From Armatimonadota bacterium (lineage in GTDB: Bacteria > Sysuimicrobiota > Sysuimicrobiia > Sysuimicrobiales > Humicultoraceae), in the NCBI GenBank assembly GCA_037446215.1, contig JBBIJB010000018.1:3860-36428 (forward strand): a DNA stretch of 32,569 bases. Direction: 5' to 3'. How positions within the stretch are numbered: the first letter of the stretch is position 1; every line of letters starts with the position of its first letter. The position numbers and the translations under genes were made by a program. This document shows, in pieces, positions 26,629 through 32,569 of this stretch. Below the pieces are notes generated by a model. That model did no database searches, had not been told where the DNA came from, and saw nothing but the letters and a program-made list of their open reading frames with translations.

Positions 26629-26641
26629 CCAACATACACCG

Positions 26642-27475
26642 ATGCCTTCCGCTATCGCCTACCCCATCGCGGACTACGCGGCCGCGGTCAGCCTAATGGC
26701 TCTCGTCCTTGCCTCGATGGCGCTGCCCGTCTACCTGCTCTTCTACAGGCCGACCGGAGGGCAGAGCGCCTGGTGGCTAAGCGAGATGGCAGCGATAACG
26801 CTCCTGTTCGTGGTGACGCTGCCCCTCCTCGCCGCGGCCGCAGGCATCGGGGAGCCGATCGGACTGGCCGGTATCTCCGCGCTCGCCCTCGTTCAGAACG
26901 CGCTCTTCCTGGGCCTCTCCGCGCACATCGTGATGGTCCGCTACGGGCTGCCGGCCTCCCGGCTGGGCCTGCGGGGGGAGGGCTGGGTAGGGGGGGCGGC
27001 GCTGGGGATTGCCGCCACCGCCGTATCCATTCCGCTCTCCTACGCAGGAGAGGAGCTCGCGGTCTACCTGATCGGGCTCGTCGAGGGCCGCGCCGCGGCG
27101 GCCGCGCGCGCCACGGCGGAGCACCTGACCGATCCGCTGCTGCCCATAGTACAGTCGCTCACGACGGCCCTGCCCGCGGCGTGGCTCGCCGTACTGCTGG
27201 TGGTGATCGTGCCAATCGGCGAGGAAGTGTTCTTCAGGGGGATCGTCTACGGGGGCCTGCGGACCCGGTGGGGGGCAGGCGCCGCGGCCGTTGTCAGCGC
27301 CGCGTTCTTCGCGGTAGCTCACTTCCAGCTGGTGCACGGGCTCCCGATCTTCGTGCTGGGGCTCCTGCTGGCCTACCTCTACGAGCGCACTCGCAGCCTG
27401 GTGGCCGCGGTGGTCACCCACGCCCTTAACAACGCGGTCGCCCTGGTCGCCATCTGGCACGGCTGGGGCCTGTAG
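26642..27475 (+). CDS. CPBP (CAAX/Abi, Rce1-like) intramembrane glutamic protease
   Basis: EEVFFRG, FFAVAH and HALNN motifs with multiple TM helices. Start uncertain. Confidence 0.9.
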   Translation: MPSAIAYPIADYAAAVSLMALVLASMALPVYLLFYRPTGGQSAWWLSEMAAITLLFVVTLPLLAAAAGIGEPIGLAGISALALVQNALFLGLSAHIVMVRYGLPASRLGLRGEGWVGGAALGIAATAVSIPLSYAGEELAVYLIGLVEGRAAAAARATAEHLTDPLLPIVQSLTTALPAAWLAVLLVVIVPIGEEVFFRGIVYGGLRTRWGAGAAAVVSAAFFAVAHFQLVHGLPIFVLGLLLAYLYERTRSLVAAVVTHALNNAVALVAIWHGWGL

Positions 27476-27482
27476 GCCCCGG

Positions 27483-28301
27483 TTACCCCTCCGGCTTCTT
27501 CGCCACCTCGAGCTGCCCTGCCGTTCCCATCACGTGGAATCCGCTGTCGGCGAACAGGATGTTGCCGGTCAGCGACCGTGATAGGTCGCTGGCCAGGAAG
27601 ACGGCCACGTCGCCGACCTCCTCGAGGGTGACGTTGCGGCGCAGCGGCGCCACCTCCTCGACCGCGCTCCGGAATCCCGACAGCCCCCGTACGGCGCTCG
27701 CGGCCAGCGTCCTCAGAGGCCCCGCGGAGATCGCGTTGACGCGGATGGAGCGCGGGCCCAGCTCGGCCGCCAGGTAGCGGACCTCGCACTCCAGGGCCGC
27801 CTTGGCCACGGCCATCACGTTGTACGAGGGGACTACCTTCTCCGCGGCGTTGTAGGTCAGGGTGAAGATGCTGCCTCCACCCGCCTCCTCCATCAGCGGA
27901 CGGGCCGAGCGGGCGCACCGCAGCAGCGAGTAGGCGCTCACGTCCAGCGCCAGCGCGTAGCCTCCCCGCGAAATCTCCGAGAAAGGCCGGGCGAGGTCTT
28001 CGCGGTCCGCGAACGCCAGGCAGTGCACCAGCACGTCCAGCGAGCCCCACCGCTCCCCCAGCCCGGCGAACGCGGCATCGATCTGCTCGTCGGAGGTAAC
28101 GTCGCACTGGAACAATGGATTGGCGCCGCTGACCCCGCCGATCTCCTCCAGCAGCCCCGCGAGGTTGTCCTTGAGACGCTCGGACTGATAGGTGAAGGCT
28201 AGGGCCGCCCCCTCCCGGTGGAACGCCCTGGCGATTCCCCAAGCGATGCTGCGGTTGTTTGCCACGCCCATGATGAGCGCGCGCTTACCCTGTAGGAGCA
28301 C
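27483..28301 (-). CDS. fabI: Enoyl-ACP reductase (NADH)
   Basis: GKRALIMGVANNRSIAWGIA, SAYSL, YNVMAVAKAALE, VNAISAGPLRTLAA. Confidence 0.97.
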   Translation of the reverse strand: MLLQGKRALIMGVANNRSIAWGIARAFHREGAALAFTYQSERLKDNLAGLLEEIGGVSGANPLFQCDVTSDEQIDAAFAGLGERWGSLDVLVHCLAFADREDLARPFSEISRGGYALALDVSAYSLLRCARSARPLMEEAGGGSIFTLTYNAAEKVVPSYNVMAVAKAALECEVRYLAAELGPRSIRVNAISAGPLRTLAASAVRGLSGFRSAVEEVAPLRRNVTLEEVGDVAVFLASDLSRSLTGNILFADSGFHVMGTAGQLEVAKKPEG

Positions 28302-28331
28302 GATTCACCTCGCTCTGTGAGTTGCACCGCG

Positions 28332-28901
28332 CTACTTGCCGTACCACTGCTTGAGCCAGCCCCTGAGCATCGCGATCTCCCGCTTCTCGACCCGAACCAC
28401 GGCCTGCGCGAGCGTGCGGAGCTCTGGCCGCGACGCCTTGGTCGAGGCCAGGGTTGCCAGCGCGACGCTCGACTCCAGATGCGTGACGATCAGGGGGATG
28501 TAGGCGCGCTCCAGCGCGGCGCTCTTCAACCCGCGCATCTTCTTGACCGGCTCCGTGGCGATGCCGACGACCCGGCGCCCGGGAGCGGCCCCGGCATCCT
28601 TAAGGAAAGCCAGCATCTGCTTGACCTGGCCGGTCTTTCGGTCGATGACCTGCTGGTTCCACCGGAGGAGCTCGGTATGGTCCGCGTTGAGCGTGGCCGC
28701 GTAGGCGATCTCCACGGCCTCCTCGTGGATAGGGATGATCTCGCGCATGAACGCGACGTCGAAGGCCTGGCCCTCTAGCCGCGCCAACCGCGCCAGGACC
28801 GGGTTGGGGCTCGGGGGCGGGGTAGGAGCGGCTCCCGCCGGGCCGGCCGTCGAGGTCGCCACGACGGTCGCCAGGAGCGAGAGCAATAGGATGACCCGCA
28901 T
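28332..28901 (-). CDS. Secreted DUF305 (ferritin-like four-helix bundle) protein
   Basis: Signal peptide, Pro-rich linker, and two repeats FDVAFMREIIPIHEEAVEIA / LERAYIPLIVTHLESSVALA...EIAMLRGWLKQWYG. Confidence 0.75.
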   Translation of the reverse strand: MRVILLLSLLATVVATSTAGPAGAAPTPPPSPNPVLARLARLEGQAFDVAFMREIIPIHEEAVEIAYAATLNADHTELLRWNQQVIDRKTGQVKQMLAFLKDAGAAPGRRVVGIATEPVKKMRGLKSAALERAYIPLIVTHLESSVALATLASTKASRPELRTLAQAVVRVEKREIAMLRGWLKQWYGK

Positions 28902-28961
28902 AGTACACCTCACGAACGGTAGTGAGCCGGGCCGGGCAGGCGGCCCGCGCCGCTTGACAAG

Positions 28962-28967
28962 ATTATA
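28962..28967 (-). promoter_or_regulatory. -10 element (TATAAT) for DUF305-fabI
   Basis: Perfect TATAAT on the minus strand about 60 nt upstream of the ATG; no good -35. Confidence 0.45.
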
Positions 28968-29029
28968 GCCGACGGAGTCGCTCGTGTAGTTGGGTCCCGT
29001 AGACCCTCCGTCTCGGGAAGCCCGCCAGA

Positions 29030-29038
29030 TGCTATACT
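29030..29038 (+). promoter_or_regulatory. Extended -10 promoter for tRNA-Lys
   Basis: TG-C-TATACT about 40 nt upstream of the tRNA. Confidence 0.55.
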
Positions 29039-29079
29039 GCTTCCTGGTACCGCCTCTCCGGCGCGTACGCCACCGCGGC

Positions 29080-29155
29080 GGGCCCTTAGCTCAGCGGGCA
29101 GAGCGGCGGGCTTTTAACCCGCGCGTCGCAGGTTCGAGTCCTGCAGGGCCCACCA
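29080..29155 (+). tRNA. tRNA-Lys (anticodon UUU)
   Basis: Acceptor GGGCCCT/AGGGCCC, D stem GCTC/GAGC, anticodon stem GCGGG/CCCGC with loop CTTTTAA, T arm GCAGG-TTCGAGT-CCTGC, encoded ACCA; 76 nt. Confidence 0.97.
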
Positions 29156-29322
29156 GTGACTCCATCTGACCTTGGCAGCCTGCCACCGGGCGGCTCAGCT
29201 GTACCCGCAAGGCAGGGCGTGACAGCGAAGGAAGGGGTCCCGCCAGCGGCGTAGTAGTGGCGGGAGCCGCGAGTACGGCTCCGACCCGCCGGAAAGTATC
29301 CTGCCTGAGGGGGCAATACGTG

Positions 29323-30882
29323 ATGCGAAGGTCTTCCAAGGTGGTTCTCCTTGCCACTTCTCTTGTGCTGGTCGCCTCGCTGCTGTGGACACCGGGTACA
29401 GGTGCCCTGCAAACCCGTCGGGGCGGAGTGCTTCGTCATGCTCACATCGGCGAGCCTCCGACTCTCGATCTGCACTGGACCACGGCGGCGATCCCGCAGG
29501 ACATCGGAGTGCATATCTACGAGGGCCTCTTTGCCCTGAATGCGGCCTACCAGCCCCGTCCACTGCTCCTGGAGAGCTGGAAGCTCAGTGCCAATCGGTT
29601 GGTGTACACGTTTCGCCTGCGCCAGGGTGTGCTGTTCCACAATGGCCGCGAGCTAGTGTCCGATGATGTAGTGGCATCACTAACGCGTTGGGGCAGGCTC
29701 GCGGCGAGGGGGCGTGAGCTGTTCCGCGACGTGGTCTCGCTCACCGCCGCGGATCGATACACGGTGGAACTGCGGGTCCGGGAACCAAACGCCCTGGTAC
29801 CCTTGATTCTGAGCTGGCCGACGCAAGGCGCCGTGATCTACCCCAAGGAGGTCGTAGACGAGGCCGGGACGGGCATGATCCGCCGGTTCATCGGCACCGG
29901 GCCGTATCGGTTTGTTGAGCATGTTCCTGACCGTCACGTGCGGCTGGATCGCTTTGACCAGTACAAGCCGGTTGAAGAGGCCCCCAGCGGCATGGCGGGC
30001 CGTCGGGAGGCGTACCTCGATACCATCTTCTTCCTCCCGATTCCCGATCCGGCCGTGCGGGTGGCAGGGGTGGTTAGGGGCGAGTATCAGTTCGCCGACA
30101 CGATCCCTCCCGATGAGCACCAGCGGCTTCTTGGAATCCGCGGGATCGCACCACATGTCATCCCGATAGCGAACTGGCACGGGTTCGTGTTCAATCACCG
30201 GGAAGGGTTGATGAAGGACAAGCGCCTGAGGCAAGCGTTCTTGGCCGCGCTGGACACAGAGACGCTGATGCGCGGAGTCTATGGCCCCCGGCAGTTCTGG
30301 CGCACGGGCGTGAGCCTGATGCCGAGAGAGCATCCCATGTGGACCGACGCCGGAAAGGAGTTCTACAACCAGAAGAACCCGGAGAAGGCGCGGCGGCTAC
30401 TCGCGGAGGCGGGCTACCAGGGGCAGCCGATCCGGTGGCTCGTGGCGGGCGATGTCGCCCCGCACATCGACTCGGCGACCATTGCGAAGAGCCAGCTTGA
30501 ACGAGCAGGGTTTGTGATCGACCTGCAGACCACCGATTTGGCGACTGTGGTCTCGCGGAGAGCGCGGGCGGAGTTGTGGGATCTCTTCACCACCCGGTTC
30601 GTCTTCGTGCCAGACCCAGTGCTGCTCACGTTCTTGCAGCCCGGGTGGCCGGGGTGGTATGAGAACCGAGAGGTCACGGCGCTGCTGAGTCTCTTGAGGC
30701 GTCACGTCGATCCCAAGGTCAGAAGAGAGTTGTGGCAGCGCGCGCAGCGCATTCTCTACGAAGATGCAGCGACCGTTCGGCTTGGGGACTACTTCCTTCT
30801 GCACGTGCTGCGGGACGAGTTGAAGGGGTACACTGGTGTTCCCGGCACCTTCTACTGGAATGTCTGGCTTGAACGCCGGTAG
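29323..30882 (+). CDS. Family-5 ABC substrate-binding protein (orphan); paralog of 13471..15060
   Basis: GAGGGGG SD, then GTG 29320 or ATG 29323. Signal peptide, RGGVLRHAHIGEPPTLD, LRQGVLFHNGRELVSDDVVAS, IGTGPYRF. Confidence 0.93.
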   Translation: MRRSSKVVLLATSLVLVASLLWTPGTGALQTRRGGVLRHAHIGEPPTLDLHWTTAAIPQDIGVHIYEGLFALNAAYQPRPLLLESWKLSANRLVYTFRLRQGVLFHNGRELVSDDVVASLTRWGRLAARGRELFRDVVSLTAADRYTVELRVREPNALVPLILSWPTQGAVIYPKEVVDEAGTGMIRRFIGTGPYRFVEHVPDRHVRLDRFDQYKPVEEAPSGMAGRREAYLDTIFFLPIPDPAVRVAGVVRGEYQFADTIPPDEHQRLLGIRGIAPHVIPIANWHGFVFNHREGLMKDKRLRQAFLAALDTETLMRGVYGPRQFWRTGVSLMPREHPMWTDAGKEFYNQKNPEKARRLLAEAGYQGQPIRWLVAGDVAPHIDSATIAKSQLERAGFVIDLQTTDLATVVSRRARAELWDLFTTRFVFVPDPVLLTFLQPGWPGWYENREVTALLSLLRRHVDPKVRRELWQRAQRILYEDAATVRLGDYFLLHVLRDELKGYTGVPGTFYWNVWLERR

Positions 30883-30935
30883 CAGGAGGTGGTGCCCAGC
30901 GCGGCGTGCTACGGGCTTTCACGGATGAGGAACCT

Positions 30936-32426
30936 ATGAGCAGGCCCACGGAGCCCAACGACCGCTACCGGATGTGGGGAGGTAGATTCAAGGATCTGCC
31001 GGACCCGAGACTCAGCGCTCTCCTGTCGGCGCCTCCGGTTAGCCGGCACCTGCTGCGGTGGGATCTTCTGGCCAGCATCGCACATGTGCTTTCATTGGCA
31101 GAAGCATCGGCTATCCCGCCACCGGAGGCAACCAGACTTGCCCGCGCGCTCCGCGAGATGCTGACCGAGGCGGACGCCGGCTCGCTGATCCCGTCCACCG
31201 AGCACGAAGATGTGCATACGTTCATTGAGGCCACGCTCACCTCCCGCATCGGGGCCTCGGCCGGGTGGCTGCAGACAGGCCGCAGCCGGAACGACCAGGT
31301 GGTGACAGCATTCCGTCTACTCCTTAGGGACCGTGTCCGCCGGTTGGCGGGGAGCATCAGTTCACTCCAGTCTACGCTGTTGGATCGCGCCGGCGAGGTT
31401 TGGGGCGTAATGCTGCCCGGCTACACCCATCTGCAGCGCGCTCAACCCGTGCTGCTTTCGCACCACTGGCTCGCGTACTTCTGGATGCTTCTCCGCGACA
31501 TCGATCGGTTTCGGGATGCCTACGCGCGCATTGATGTGTGCCCGCTGGGCTCCGGGGCGATCGCGGGCACCGGGTTTCCAGTTGATCGCGCAAGGCAGGC
31601 CAGACTCCTGGGGTTTGCACGGCCGAGCGAAAACAGCATCGATGCCACCGGCAATCGCGACTTCGCGTTCGAGCCGATCGCATGTGTATCTTGCTTCTTG
31701 GTTGGCATCTCGCGATGGGCCGAGGAACTCGTACTCTGGACGTCCCGCGAGTTTGGCTTTGTCGATCTGCCTGATGCGATATCCACCGGAAGCAGCCTGA
31801 TGCCCCAGAAGCAGAACCCCGATCTCCTTGAGCTTACGCGTGCCCAGGCCGGGGTTGGGTTGGGCCAGCTTGTGGTCCTGGCAGCGGTCCTCAAAGGCGT
31901 GCCGCCTGCCTACAACCTCGACCTTCGCGAAGACAAGACCCCTACGCTGGCGGCGTTCGACGCGGGTGATCTGGCCGCGGGGGCCATGAATCTGGTTGTC
32001 GAGCGCCTGGTAGTTCGTCGCGATCGGATGGAGGCCGCGCTACGGGGCGGGTACCTGACCGCAACCGAAGCCGCCGACTATCTGGTGCGCCGTGGTGTTC
32101 CCTTCCGCGAGGCCCACCATCTCGCCGGGCGGGTGGTGCTAGAGGCCGAGGGTGCGGATCAAGAGCTGTGGGAGGCGCCCGTCGAGACGTTCAAGCGAGT
32201 GTCCCCCCTCTTTGACTCCGATGTCCTGGAGGCAGTATCGATAGAAGGGGCTCTCGCCGCCAAGGACGTGTCCGGAGGAACGGCTCCAACACGAGTGGCG
32301 CAGTCGTTGGCCGATGCCCGGAAGGCGCTGGCCGCGCACCGAAGATGGATTGAGCGAGCCGACGCTGCTCACCGGGCGGTGGAGAAGCGGCTCCTGACAG
32401 CTCCCAGGGGAGTGTCGGGGACGTGA
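30936..32426 (+). CDS. argH: Argininosuccinate lyase
   Basis: MWGGRF, EDVH, TGRSRNDQV, MLPGYTHLQRAQP, PLGSGAIAG, lyase signature GSSLMPQKQNPD, GVPFREAH. Confidence 0.94.
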   Translation: MSRPTEPNDRYRMWGGRFKDLPDPRLSALLSAPPVSRHLLRWDLLASIAHVLSLAEASAIPPPEATRLARALREMLTEADAGSLIPSTEHEDVHTFIEATLTSRIGASAGWLQTGRSRNDQVVTAFRLLLRDRVRRLAGSISSLQSTLLDRAGEVWGVMLPGYTHLQRAQPVLLSHHWLAYFWMLLRDIDRFRDAYARIDVCPLGSGAIAGTGFPVDRARQARLLGFARPSENSIDATGNRDFAFEPIACVSCFLVGISRWAEELVLWTSREFGFVDLPDAISTGSSLMPQKQNPDLLELTRAQAGVGLGQLVVLAAVLKGVPPAYNLDLREDKTPTLAAFDAGDLAAGAMNLVVERLVVRRDRMEAALRGGYLTATEAADYLVRRGVPFREAHHLAGRVVLEAEGADQELWEAPVETFKRVSPLFDSDVLEAVSIEGALAAKDVSGGTAPTRVAQSLADARKALAAHRRWIERADAAHRAVEKRLLTAPRGVSGT

Positions 32427-32496
32427 TGCTCTAGCCCCCGCCAGGACTGCTTGGCCCCACTCAACTACGGGTCGGTGCTTTGCTGAGCTGAGCTAT

Positions 32497-32569
32497 CTAG
32501 ACCTTCGTCGGCAGCTCCTCCGCGGCCCAGGCGATGCCGAGGTCCAGCAGCTTCCCGCGCATCGGCACG
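32497..32569 (-). CDS. C-terminal fragment of a gene entering from the right; resembles the aldehyde ferredoxin oxidoreductase C-terminus
   Basis: ...VPMRGKLLDLGIAWAAEELPTKV* resembles the AOR tail (G)VPxxxKLxxLGxxW. Only 23 codons are visible. Confidence 0.4.
   Translation of the reverse strand, partial: VPMRGKLLDLGIAWAAEELPTKV

Noticed and set aside
30884..30939. 15-codon mini-ORF (GTG 30892 to TGA overlapping the argH ATG) after AGGAGGT
   Set aside because: SD-to-start spacing is only about 1 nt and the peptide has just two Arg codons and no attenuator structure, so there is not enough support for a leader peptide.
46..32372. Numerous long antisense or off-frame ORFs in the track (e.g. 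1602..3290, 440..1609, 19075..20307, 24222..25499, 25067..26296)
   Set aside because: They are Arg/Pro/Gly-rich with no family motifs and overlap well-supported genes, as expected from stop-codon scarcity at high GC.
32444..32463. GACTGCTTGGCCCCAC as a possible attR copy of the tRNA-Lys 3' end
   Set aside because: The match is too short and mismatched for a GC-rich genome, and no integrase is nearby.
1..32569. CRISPR arrays, IS elements, prophage or defence systems
   Set aside because: No regularly spaced direct repeats, transposase, integrase or recognisable phage/defence motifs were seen.

Overview
High-GC (roughly 65-70%) bacterial chromosomal segment that is gene-dense and mostly core or metabolic. 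I see no phage, IS, integrase or CRISPR array. From left to right: (1) a peptide-scavenging cluster with a truncated family-5 SBP, a non-canonical M24 hydrolase, an MlrC/M81 peptidase, DppC/DppB permeases and a Tat-exported SBP; (2) a tyrA-trpS-Nudix-Nudix-OGG1 operon; (3) a selenocysteine-containing selD (in-frame UGA, missed by the ORF track) divergent from archease-SBP-PAP2-O-antigen ligase; (4) a Ser-specific T-box riboswitch controlling a class V aminotransferase and serS; (5) two sugar-phosphate isomerases and an orphan sugar SBP; (6) DUF458/YkuK-recR-ybaB-dnaX, then a CPBP protease, fabI, a DUF305 protein and tRNA-Lys(UUU); (7) a compositionally distinct SBP-argH block and the 3' end of a possible aldehyde ferredoxin oxidoreductase. 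The most notable signals are the Sec-SelD/archease bidirectional promoter, a recurring sigmaH-like promoter motif before nutrient-scavenging genes, the T-box implying a SerC role for an AGT-like enzyme, an M24 protein lacking canonical metal ligands, and a possible oxidised-guanine defence operon. All calls come from motif recognition by eye; no database searches were run.
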